The notes under the pieces were generated by a model. That model was given only the letters and a program-made list of their open reading frames with translations. It had not been told where the DNA came from and did not search any database. DNA of 64,000 nucleotides. Origin: an uncultured delta proteobacterium. GTDB taxonomy: Bacteria > Desulfobacterota > RBG-13-43-22. The stretch covers positions 224,001 to 288,000 of the forward strand of contig CAWDKY010000017.1 of NCBI GenBank assembly GCA_963802945.1. Reading direction: 5' to 3'. The stretch's first letter is position 1. Each line of letters opens with the position of its first letter. A program made the position numbers and the translations under genes. This document shows positions 1 through 9,114 of the stretch, piece after piece.

Positions 1-35
1 CAAATAATATTAAAAAAATATGAAATATCAATGTA

Positions 36-461
36 TTGAACGAGTTATCTTTTAAACAGTTGCAAATGTTATTTATGGGGCCGGAAAGTACGAGAATAAG
101 AGAAAAGAAAGTGATGTATTCTACCTCATTACCTAAGAGCCTTAAGGACTCCCTTCAGAAGGCCGTAATGGTTCTTCATCGAACTAAGTCGGAGTGGATC
201 CGCACCTCTTTAAACCTTTTTTTTGTCTTGAGTGAACAAGATCAGAATCAAATAATATTAGATACGTATCAAAAAATGGATAGTTCCCACTTAAGGCCGT
301 TCACCACCACCATATTGGAAAATCAATTAATGCGGTTAAATATATTGTCGAGAACAATAAATCGCTCCAAGGCGGAAATTCTTCGAACGGCTATATTTAT
401 CTTTTTATCAAAGAGTCCTGAAGAGCAGGAAAAAACGATAAAAACATTTTTATCCCGGTGA
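36..461 (+). CDS. Tandem ribbon-helix-helix (CopG/Arc-like) DNA-binding protein
   Basis: Two similar units, YSTSLPKSLKDSL..RTKSEWIRTSL and FTTTILENQLMRL..RSKAEILRTAI, match the RHH pattern (strand, helix, S(K/R)SExIR helix). The true start may lie downstream of the TTG. Confidence 0.7.
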   Translation: MNELSFKQLQMLFMGPESTRIREKKVMYSTSLPKSLKDSLQKAVMVLHRTKSEWIRTSLNLFFVLSEQDQNQIILDTYQKMDSSHLRPFTTTILENQLMRLNILSRTINRSKAEILRTAIFIFLSKSPEEQEKTIKTFLSR

Positions 462-465
462 GGCG

Positions 466-1683
466 ATGACTATTAAAAGAACATCCGGATTTGTCCTGGT
501 CCTAATCCTTGTGGGGCTTATTTTTGCCTCTGTTTCTTTTTCGGCCATGCCGGAAAGATTGCAGTTGGCCTTGTCGCAATGTCCTAAATGGATTAAGCTT
601 TCCAGCGGAAACACCCCCTTTATTTGGGATCTGCCTAATCAAAAAAAATCCTTCCTGATCCAACTGGAGAGTGCCTGTTATCCGGCGCTCCTGGAAACTC
701 GGCAAATAGAAATTTTAAAAGAATGGGTGGCCAAGGGAAATATCCTTTGGATTCTATTTAATCCTCTGCGGGACAATGTCCCGGGAAATCAAGATTGGGC
801 CCATTATTTTGGCTTAAATATTGCCCTCTCTTCCCAATCAACCCTGATAACCAAAAGAGATGGGATGATTTTGCCGGTCCAGGGACTGACGGAAGGGGTA
901 GAGGTCCTGCAGCTGGGGACCCCGAATATCACCCCGGCTTTTTATACTTTTACAGGTAATATTCTTCCCGTATTACAAACCAAAGAGGGATCAGTGGTCT
1001 TTGGAGGGCAGAATTTTGGAGCCGGTCGTATCATCTTTGATGGCTTCGGCTGGCTGTTTTTTGAAACCGAGAAGGATTGGTTGGATCCCAACGTCTATGA
1101 TAGCGAAGTCTTTTGGGTGAACTTCTTCAAATGGGCCAGAACTTGTGTCCAGCCAAAGGCGAAAATAGAAGAAAAAGTGGAATTGTATGTTGCTCCGGCA
1201 CTGGTAAAAAAAGCAAAAATAGATTGTTCGGAATTATCCGGCGCCTTAAGAGGTAAATTTCCAAAGCTTGAAATTAAGGTTCTGGAACGTCCCAATGGGG
1301 ATTGTGTATTTAGTTTGGATAGGGTTCTCTTTGATACGGGAAAGGCGGATTTAAGGGAAGAAGGACGGATGGTTCTCAATGAGATCGCAGAGATTTTAAG
1401 GGAGAATCCGGACTATCAGGCTCGAATCGAGGGTCATACTGATTCCATGCCGATCCGGGGAAGATTGAAAAAACAATTTCCGACGAATTGGGAATTATCT
1501 CTGGCTCGAGCTCGGGCGGTCTATGGGTATTTTCATGAGACGGGTCAAATTTCCAAAGATCGTATGACCACGGAAGGATTTGCTGACACCCGATCCGTGG
1601 CCAGCAATAAAACTCCAAAAGGCAGGCAAATGAATCGCAGGACTGAAATCATTCTTTTTATAAACCGATCAGCCGAGAAATAG
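466..1683 (+). CDS. Exported protein with a GATase-like N-terminal domain and a C-terminal OmpA/MotB peptidoglycan-binding domain
   Basis: Signal peptide; LFDTGKA, IEGHTDS, NWELSLARA and NRRTEI motifs. Confidence 0.85.
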   Translation: MTIKRTSGFVLVLILVGLIFASVSFSAMPERLQLALSQCPKWIKLSSGNTPFIWDLPNQKKSFLIQLESACYPALLETRQIEILKEWVAKGNILWILFNPLRDNVPGNQDWAHYFGLNIALSSQSTLITKRDGMILPVQGLTEGVEVLQLGTPNITPAFYTFTGNILPVLQTKEGSVVFGGQNFGAGRIIFDGFGWLFFETEKDWLDPNVYDSEVFWVNFFKWARTCVQPKAKIEEKVELYVAPALVKKAKIDCSELSGALRGKFPKLEIKVLERPNGDCVFSLDRVLFDTGKADLREEGRMVLNEIAEILRENPDYQARIEGHTDSMPIRGRLKKQFPTNWELSLARARAVYGYFHETGQISKDRMTTEGFADTRSVASNKTPKGRQMNRRTEIILFINRSAEK

Positions 1684-1691
1684 GAGAAAAA

Positions 1692-2918
1692 ATGTATCAA
1701 AAGTACTTTGGATTGGTTGAAAAACCTTTTGCTGAGACCCCCAATCCTAAGTTCTTATATCTTTCGGCGAAACACCGGGAGGGATTGGCCCATTTAGAAT
1801 ATAATATTTTAGACGGAAAAGGCTTTACCGTCTTGGTGGGAGAGGTAGGAACCGGGAAGACAACCTTGTGCCGGGCGCTCATGGAACGTTTGGATAAAGA
1901 GAAAGTTACCGTAGTTCATATTATTCATACCAATTTGGATTTTTATGAGTTTTTAAGAGAGGTGGTCGATGAACTGGGGATTTCTTCCCAAGGACAGCAA
2001 AAATGGGATCTTCTGAAGGCGTTAAATCAATATTTGATTGAGGCCTTTGGGCAGAATCGCAAGGTAGTCCTGATTGTCGACGAAGCCCAAAACTTGACCC
2101 CATCGGTCCTGGAAGGGATTCGGATGCTTTCCAATCTTGAAACCCCCAAAGAGAAATTGATACAAATAGTTTTTGTAGGCCAGCCAGGACTTTTGGAACA
2201 TATTCAACGGCCCGATATGCTGCAGTTAAAACAAAGGATTGCCGGAAGTTTTTATTTGGGGCCTTTGTCCGAAAAAGAGACTCAGGAGTATATCCTTTTC
2301 CGCTTGGAGCGTGTTCAGTCCAGGCCCGTTTTGCGGTTTACCCCGGAGGCTGCAAGTCTGATTTACCGGTTAAGCGGCGGTATCCCTCGATTGATTAATT
2401 TTCTATGCGACTTTAGTTTGATGGAAGCCTATGTGGCCGAATCCTGGACAGTCGATCCTCTGCTGGTTCAGAAGGCCTATAAGGATTTAAAAGGGTCTCA
2501 GGAGTTTGAAAAACAAGCAGAAGGCGAAGAAAAAAAATTCTCCGGAAAGATTCAGGGAATACCGAGGAGTAATGAACTGGGGCTTGCAGTTTCCCCGGGG
2601 ACCTTTAAGACTCAAGAGGTACGGTTTCAAGGTATTGGTTTGGAAGAAGATTCTTCGGCAGGAGAGGAGAATTTTCTTTTTCCGGACAAAAAATCATTGG
2701 GGAAAAAAATGGTCGTTGTCTTGGGTCTGCTGTTGACCGTTGGAGGATTGTGGTCTTTCCTTTTCCGGGAAATGAATCTGGAACAGTGGAGTCCCAAGGA
2801 CGTCTCTCCGGCCTATCAAATAAAGATGCCCGTGGCCGATCTCGGGAGCAATCTTCATTCGTCGATGGTTTTATCTGAGAAAAAGCTGAGTAAAATGAAT
2901 CAAGGATCAAGCGAGTAA
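1692..2918 (+). CDS. ExeA/GspA-family AAA ATPase (EPS/PEP-CTERM-locus type)
   Basis: YFGLxEKPF N-terminus, Walker A GEVGTGKTT, Walker B VDEAQNL, SGGIPRLIN, C-terminal TM segment. Confidence 0.9.
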   Translation: MYQKYFGLVEKPFAETPNPKFLYLSAKHREGLAHLEYNILDGKGFTVLVGEVGTGKTTLCRALMERLDKEKVTVVHIIHTNLDFYEFLREVVDELGISSQGQQKWDLLKALNQYLIEAFGQNRKVVLIVDEAQNLTPSVLEGIRMLSNLETPKEKLIQIVFVGQPGLLEHIQRPDMLQLKQRIAGSFYLGPLSEKETQEYILFRLERVQSRPVLRFTPEAASLIYRLSGGIPRLINFLCDFSLMEAYVAESWTVDPLLVQKAYKDLKGSQEFEKQAEGEEKKFSGKIQGIPRSNELGLAVSPGTFKTQEVRFQGIGLEEDSSAGEENFLFPDKKSLGKKMVVVLGLLLTVGGLWSFLFREMNLEQWSPKDVSPAYQIKMPVADLGSNLHSSMVLSEKKLSKMNQGSSE

Positions 2919-2942
2919 AAATCTGACCCCAGGAGTGCCCAA

Positions 2943-3797
2943 TTGAGTACAAAAGAAGAGGCGTTAAAAAAAGCCATGGAACTAAAGGAAGAGATACGAT
3001 TTCGTGGTGATGACCTGCAACAATTGGTTGAGGGGGCGGTAAGAAAGGCTTTGGGGGAGACTCAGAAGGAAGAGGGATCTCCTAAACGGCCTGTTTTTTT
3101 TGAGACCGAACATCACCCGGAAGGAAGAGCCGCGGCTGGAGAGATTCTTCCCAGAGAATCGGGAGGTTCATTGCAGTGGCATCAGGGGATTGATTCCATC
3201 GCGGTCAACATCAAATTAAAAATCGGGGAAGGAAAGAAAGGGGCCGTCGTGTTCACTTCTTCCGTTTCCGGCGAGGGCACGACGACCGTTTGTTCCAATG
3301 TGTCCCGGGCCTTGGCCAAAGTCTGTCCGGGAAACATCTTGCTTTTGGATTGTAATGCCCACCATCCGGAAATCCATAGGCTGTTTGGAACAGAGGGGGT
3401 CCCCGGGTTAACCGACATCCTGATGGGAAGAATACATTGGGAAGATGCCGTCAGGAAAAGTAATGTTAGAAATTTTTATGTACTTCCTTTCGGTCAACCT
3501 CTTCAAGAATCTTTATCTCTATTGGGTTCGGAAGGGATGGGACAGTTGTTGAACGTTCTCAAGACGGATTTTGATTTCATTCTTATGGATTCTCCCCCTA
3601 TTTTACAGAGTGCCGGAGCGGAATTGATCGCTCCCTGGGTCGATGGCGTGATTTTAGTTATCAAGGCCAATACGACCCGCAGGGAAGTGGTGATGCGAGC
3701 GGTGGAACGAATGATTCAGCAGAAAGGATTTCTTGGTACGGTATTAAATCAGCAGGAATTCATTATCCCCCAGTATCTGTATAAGAGGCTCAAATAA
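2943..3797 (+). CDS. CpsD/CapB (Wzc C-terminal) BY-kinase-like protein with degenerate Walker motifs
   Basis: FTSSVSGEGTTT, LLLDCN, PGLTDIL, DFILMDSPP, GTVLN; adjacent to wza and wzz-like genes. Confidence 0.85.
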   Translation: MSTKEEALKKAMELKEEIRFRGDDLQQLVEGAVRKALGETQKEEGSPKRPVFFETEHHPEGRAAAGEILPRESGGSLQWHQGIDSIAVNIKLKIGEGKKGAVVFTSSVSGEGTTTVCSNVSRALAKVCPGNILLLDCNAHHPEIHRLFGTEGVPGLTDILMGRIHWEDAVRKSNVRNFYVLPFGQPLQESLSLLGSEGMGQLLNVLKTDFDFILMDSPPILQSAGAELIAPWVDGVILVIKANTTRREVVMRAVERMIQQKGFLGTVLNQQEFIIPQYLYKRLK

Positions 3798-3801
3798 TAC
3801 T

Positions 3802-5364
3802 ATGAAAAAAAATAATTTCGGTTTTCGGAATTTAGATTTCGGAAAAAGAGCGGTCAGTTTTCCGGAAATTTATTTTTTAATGCTATCCTTCGTAATTTTT
3901 GGCCTTATGGGATGTGCCGCCCAGTCCGTTCAAGGGGAAAAGGGATCCGCAGGCATACCCAAGGAGGAACCTCAAAAAATGGTCGCTATGCCTTCCGGAG
4001 GGCAGCAGTCCGAATCAGTCTTAATATCCAGAGGGGACAGCCAAGGGTCTGATGAGAAAGCCCGTATCGGCTCCGAACTGGAAAAAGCGGTAGCCGAGTT
4101 GAAAGAAAATGTGGTCACTCTTAAAAAGAAACTGGATGAAGAGGTGGTCGCCAATGAAGCCTTGTTTAAGAAAGATCCGCCGGAATATAAGATTCGATCA
4201 GGGGATGTGATTGAGATTATTTATCATATGATGTATGAGGAAAATCCGACTGAATATCTTTTGGAAATTCAGGATTCCGTTAAGATAGAATTTTTTAATC
4301 AGCCTGATATGAACAGAACCGTAAATGTAAGATCGGATGGAAAGATTACCCTTCCTTTAATTGGAGATATCCCGGCAGCCGGGTTATCCACTACACAACT
4401 CGAACAAGAATTAATTGTCCGATACAAGAAATATCTTATAGATCCAAATATAGCCATTTATTTGGAACGCTTTAACGTCAAAATAGACGAACTCAAAAAA
4501 GCCATTACTACGGCACCAAGAGGGCAAAGTAAAATTTCTCCGGTTCGGCCCGATGGCAGAACCTCTTTCCCTTTTATTGGAGATGTTAAGGTAGCTGGGC
4601 TTACGGTCGAAGAGGTTCGAAAGGTCATCAATGAAAAATATCGGTCTTTTGTTCGAAATCTGGAAGTTACCGTGGTGCTTGAACGGGTGGTGAATCCCAC
4701 CATTTTTGTCAGTGGTGAGGTTAATGGACCTGGGGATTTGACCATTACCGGGCCTTTGTATTTATCGCAAGTCATCAGTCGGGCGAAAGGGTTAACCCCC
4801 ACTGCAGAGGGAAAACATGTTTTGGTGATACGGCGATTTGGAGTAAGCAAGCCTGTGGTGTTTTATGTCGATCTGGATGCCGTGTTGATAAAAGGGGATA
4901 TCAGCAAAGATGTTCTATTGACCGAAGATGATATGGTTTATGTGCCCCGGGCTTCCAGACACCGGTTTTTTATTTGCGGAGAGGTCAATACCGCCGGGGT
5001 GTATCCTATATTCCCCGAAGAACCTTTGACGTTGTCTCAAGCCGTTTCCATGGCTATGGGATTTAGACCAACGGCCGCTTTGAGTAGCGTGATAGTTTTA
5101 AGAAGGCCTGAGGGCCAACCTCCTCAAGCCATCAAGGTCGATTTCAAGGAAGTGCTTGCAAACAGTAATATGAGTCAGGATATTCTCATTCAAAAAAATG
5201 ATGTCATTTTTGTGCCTAAAACTTTTATCACTAAAGCGGATGAGTTTATCGATCAATGGTTTACCCATGGGATCTATTCACTTTTCCCGGCCAATTCAAC
5301 TTTGGATTTTATCATTGACCTGGATACGGTAAGTCATCTCAATAAACGAAGCTATGCTTTTTAA
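3802..5364 (+). CDS. wza: Wza-like polysaccharide export lipoprotein (Poly_export plus SLBB domains)
   Basis: Lipobox LMGC; VRSDGKITLPLIG and VRPDGRTSFPFIG; two V/IxGEV..PG/AG SLBB repeats. Confidence 0.85.
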   Translation: MKKNNFGFRNLDFGKRAVSFPEIYFLMLSFVIFGLMGCAAQSVQGEKGSAGIPKEEPQKMVAMPSGGQQSESVLISRGDSQGSDEKARIGSELEKAVAELKENVVTLKKKLDEEVVANEALFKKDPPEYKIRSGDVIEIIYHMMYEENPTEYLLEIQDSVKIEFFNQPDMNRTVNVRSDGKITLPLIGDIPAAGLSTTQLEQELIVRYKKYLIDPNIAIYLERFNVKIDELKKAITTAPRGQSKISPVRPDGRTSFPFIGDVKVAGLTVEEVRKVINEKYRSFVRNLEVTVVLERVVNPTIFVSGEVNGPGDLTITGPLYLSQVISRAKGLTPTAEGKHVLVIRRFGVSKPVVFYVDLDAVLIKGDISKDVLLTEDDMVYVPRASRHRFFICGEVNTAGVYPIFPEEPLTLSQAVSMAMGFRPTAALSSVIVLRRPEGQPPQAIKVDFKEVLANSNMSQDILIQKNDVIFVPKTFITKADEFIDQWFTHGIYSLFPANSTLDFIIDLDTVSHLNKRSYAF

Positions 5365-5380
5365 AAAGGAGTGACAGCAC

Positions 5381-6748
5381 TTGGTTAAAACACAGACATC
5401 AGGGCCAACAATTCGGGATTTTTTGCGGGTAATTTTTTCACAGAAAAAGGTTATCATAGCCGCCATTCTGGGAGCGACCTTGCTGGCATTGATTATCAGT
5501 CTGCTCACACCGCCGAAATATGAATCGGCGACAAAAATATTAGCCAGAGAACGCAAAACAGAAAATCCCTTGGAACTTAAAAATTACTTCGACGTTCGGA
5601 CCGAGCGTGTGGCTTTCCTTCAGTCCCAGATGGAGATTATCCAAAGCGATGAGGTGGCCAGGAGGGTTCTTAGAAAAATAAATCCTGCTAAACAGGAAGT
5701 CGGTCCAAAAGAAACAAAGGCCTTCGTGTCGAAGATCAAGGTAATGTCCCCCAAAGGCTATGATATAACTAATTCGGATATTTTGTTTGTTCAAGTTTCT
5801 GATAATAATCCTGTAAAAGCCGCCGATGCGGCAAATATTTTAACTGATGAGTATATCAATTACACCTATGAGTTAAAAGGTAAAACATCCAAACAGACCA
5901 TAGATTTTCTGGAAAAACATTCCCAGGGTACCCTTGACAAATTGAAAGCCTTGGAGGAAGAGGTAAAAGTCTTTGAAGGGAAGGCCGGCCCTGATTTGGC
6001 CTTTCTGATTGCTACGGTTAAATCAAGCGGTCCCAATAATGAATTAATCAATTATAATACGAATTACGTTAATGCCAAAGCCGCTTTAATAGAAACGGAA
6101 AGCTATTTAAATCAACTGAGGGCCTTAGTCCGCAAGGGGACTCTCCCCAATAAGCTGATCAGGGAAAATCCCTTCCTGATTACTATGAAAGACAATATTG
6201 CTAAACTGCAAAATCAGTTAGCCAACCTTAGGTCCCAATATACGGATCAGTATCCTAAAAATATAATGCTTCTTAAAGAGATCGAATCGAATAAAAAAAT
6301 ATTAAAGCAGGAAATAGACGCGGATATTGATGGGCGATCTGTGGATGTAATAGCCCTGGAAGCTAAAATTAAATCTCTAAAAGAAACGGTGGACCATTAT
6401 ACGGCGTTGGCCCAAAAACAACTCGAATATTCCCGGATCTATAAGAATTATCAAATCGTTGAGGAGGAATATCAAAACCAAGTGCGGGACATTCAGAAGG
6501 CCAAGACGGCAGAAGCTATGGAGACTTATAAGTTGGCCAGTATTGAGATTATTGATCGGGCCAGGGTACCTAAAAGTCCAATCAGTCCCGACATCCTATT
6601 GAATATCTTAATTGGGGCGCTCCTCGGAGTTCTGCTTGGTTTAGGGTTGGCCGTCTTAAGAGATCGATTTGACCATACCCTGAAATCAATTGAGGATGTG
6701 GAACGATATATCAATTTGTCTAATCTGGGATCTATACCCCGTAGATAG
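5381..6748 (+). CDS. Wzz/GumC-type polysaccharide co-polymerase (Wzc N-terminal part)
   Basis: Two TM helices flank a coiled coil; PPKYESATKI, IIDRARVPKSPISP, DHTLKSIEDVE..LGSIP. Confidence 0.9.
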   Translation: MVKTQTSGPTIRDFLRVIFSQKKVIIAAILGATLLALIISLLTPPKYESATKILARERKTENPLELKNYFDVRTERVAFLQSQMEIIQSDEVARRVLRKINPAKQEVGPKETKAFVSKIKVMSPKGYDITNSDILFVQVSDNNPVKAADAANILTDEYINYTYELKGKTSKQTIDFLEKHSQGTLDKLKALEEEVKVFEGKAGPDLAFLIATVKSSGPNNELINYNTNYVNAKAALIETESYLNQLRALVRKGTLPNKLIRENPFLITMKDNIAKLQNQLANLRSQYTDQYPKNIMLLKEIESNKKILKQEIDADIDGRSVDVIALEAKIKSLKETVDHYTALAQKQLEYSRIYKNYQIVEEEYQNQVRDIQKAKTAEAMETYKLASIEIIDRARVPKSPISPDILLNILIGALLGVLLGLGLAVLRDRFDHTLKSIEDVERYINLSNLGSIPRR

Positions 6749-6843
6749 TCAAATCCATTCTCTTTCTGAGGAGAAATCCCTTTCTTCTTATTGCCTTTTA
6801 AGGAATGAAGAAAAATCTATATTGAAATCAAGGAAAGGACTTT

Positions 6844-8355
6844 TTGTGTTTAAGGAGCCATAATACATTGGAAAAGAGGAGATTCTTAAGAGATGCCGCA
6901 TTTTATTCCAGCAGTCTTTTTTTGACTCGATTTCTTCTCTCCATTCGTGGGATTCTGATTCCTAAATTTCTTGGGCCGAGCCAATACGGCCTTTATAATG
7001 GTCTACTGCTTATTCCCGAATATTTACTCCACATTCATTTCGGTTCTTTAAATGCCCTGATACGGGAAATTCCTTTCAGTTATGGCCGCCAAGATCAGGC
7101 TCAAGCTGACCGTATAAGAAATATTGTCTTTTTTCAATATATTTTCAATACTACCTTCTCATTGTTGATTATTTTGTTGATCGCCTTCTTCGTCCGGGGT
7201 CGCTTATTACCTTCGGTCTTTTCCTATCTGGGATTAATATCTATTTGGATCTTTTTTTTATCCTTTGAGACCTTTTTTGATCAAGTAGCCAGGACCGATA
7301 ACCGTTTTGACATTTTATCCCGGTCTGAAATCTTTAAGTCCGTGGCTGGTTTTATCATTATGCTACTCCTGATATTAATCTGGGGTTTATACGGCTTGAT
7401 CACCTCCTTGATCCTGGCTTCGATTCTTAAAGGAGGCTATATTTATCGAGTAGTACAATATAAAATTAAATGGCAATGGGATTTTAAAGAACTAAAACGC
7501 CTGCTGACCATCGGATTCCCTATTTTTGTAGGGCTAATCTTTTTTACAATATTAAACAGTGTTGATCGGTTTATTATCATTGGCTTTTTGGAAAGGAAGG
7601 AATTAGGCTATTATGCTTTGGCTTTGACGGTCCTAAGTTTTCTTTTAATTATTTTAAATGGGACCTTTAGTGTTTTAGAACCGAAGATCTACCGGAATTA
7701 CGGAGCGAATGAGGATATCCAGGCGATTCGACCCATGATTTTGGAGGCCCTTTCCGGTATGACTTTGTTTTTCCCTTTGATCTTGGGGATTACTTATATC
7801 CTATTTCCTTTGATTGTCATCTTCTTTCTTCCAAATTATCTTCCTTCAATAAGATGTATTCGTATCATGGTCTTGGGTTCTTTCTTTTATATCTTTCAGG
7901 GGGGAACCTATAATTTTTTTGTGGCCATCAGTCGCCAGGCCTTTATTGTCAAAACCATAGGGATTTGTATTCTGGCAAGCTATGGGACCAGCTATTTCTT
8001 GGTCAAACAGGGATGGGGGATTGAGGGAGTGGCCTTAAGCACTATGGGTTCCAATGCCCTGGTTAGTGTGATCTTTCTCTTCATGGCCTTGTCACTCTTA
8101 TTCGACCAACAAAGGGAAAGGATCGGCTACTGTATTCGATTTTTTTATCCATTTTTTTTTGTGGTCCCCCTGGTAATTTTAATGGATTATTTCTGGCCTC
8201 TCCAAGGTGAGCTAATAAAAGATCTCTTTAAGACCTTATTAAAAGGGGGAGGGCTGATTCTTTTTTTGTTACCTTTTTTGTGGCAGTTAAAGAAAAAAAT
8301 AAAATTTTTTCGAGAATATGGTTATAATTACATATTTTATGAGAGTAAAAGTTGA
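6844..8355 (+). CDS. wzx: Wzx-type oligosaccharide flippase
   Basis: Multi-TM protein; LGPSQYG and DRFII...LGYYALA motifs. Confidence 0.85.
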   Translation: MCLRSHNTLEKRRFLRDAAFYSSSLFLTRFLLSIRGILIPKFLGPSQYGLYNGLLLIPEYLLHIHFGSLNALIREIPFSYGRQDQAQADRIRNIVFFQYIFNTTFSLLIILLIAFFVRGRLLPSVFSYLGLISIWIFFLSFETFFDQVARTDNRFDILSRSEIFKSVAGFIIMLLLILIWGLYGLITSLILASILKGGYIYRVVQYKIKWQWDFKELKRLLTIGFPIFVGLIFFTILNSVDRFIIIGFLERKELGYYALALTVLSFLLIILNGTFSVLEPKIYRNYGANEDIQAIRPMILEALSGMTLFFPLILGITYILFPLIVIFFLPNYLPSIRCIRIMVLGSFFYIFQGGTYNFFVAISRQAFIVKTIGICILASYGTSYFLVKQGWGIEGVALSTMGSNALVSVIFLFMALSLLFDQQRERIGYCIRFFYPFFFVVPLVILMDYFWPLQGELIKDLFKTLLKGGGLILFLLPFLWQLKKKIKFFREYGYNYIFYESKS

Positions 8356-9114
8356 ATAAAACGGGATTGATCAACGGAGATGGTAAGCAATAAAAAAGGA
8401 GATAACCATGGATAGCGTGGGAGGTATTTATCTCTTAATCATCGGAATCTTGGTGGCCGTTCTTTTCTTTTTAATCTTTGCTCTATGGGGGCATATTACC
8501 ATTATATCTTTCAGGGGGGAACCTATAATTTTTTTGTGGCCATCATCGTCAGGCCTTTATTGTCAAAACCATAGGGATTTGTATTCTGGCAAGCTATGGG
8601 ACCGGCTATTTCTTGGTCAAACGGGGATGGGGGATTGAGGGAGTGGCCTTAAGCACTATGGGTTCCAATGCCCTGGTTAGGGTGATCTTTCTCTTCATGG
8701 CCTTGTCACTCTTATTCGACCAACTAAGGGAAAGGATCGGCTACAGTATTCGATTTTTTTATCCATTTTTTTTGTGGTCCCCCTGGTAATTTTAATGGAT
8801 TATTTCTGGCCTCTCCAAGGTGAGCTAATAAAAGATCTCTTTAAGACCTTATTAAAAAGGGGGAGGGCTGATTCTTTTTTTGTTACCTTTTTTGTGGCAG
8901 TTAAAGGAAAAAAAATTTTTTCGAGAATATGGTTATAATTACATATTTTATGAGAGTAAAAGTTGAATAAAACGGGATTGATTAACGGAGATGGTAAGCA
9001 ATAAAAAAGGAGATAACCATGGGTAGCGTGGGAGGTATTTATCTCTTAAGCCTCGGAATCTTGGTGGCCGTTCTTTTCTTTTTTATCTTTGCTCTATGGG
9101 GGGATATTACCATT
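7887..9114 (+). repeat. Diverged ~615 bp tandem duplication covering the wzx 3' end and wzy 5' end
   Basis: 7887-8503 and 8502-9114 both begin ttatatctttcagggggg and end atattaccatt. They differ by scattered substitutions and homopolymer indels. Confidence 0.97.
8408..8638 (+). pseudogene. Chimeric ORF created by the duplication (wzy start fused to out-of-frame wzx sequence)
   Basis: The first ~32 aa nearly match the ORF at 9019; the frame then crosses the duplication junction. Confidence 0.85.

Noticed and set aside
7887-9114. Diversity-generating retroelement TR/VR pair
   Set aside because: Mismatches include T and C positions and indels, not only adenines. The repeat spans a gene junction and there is no intact reverse transcriptase.
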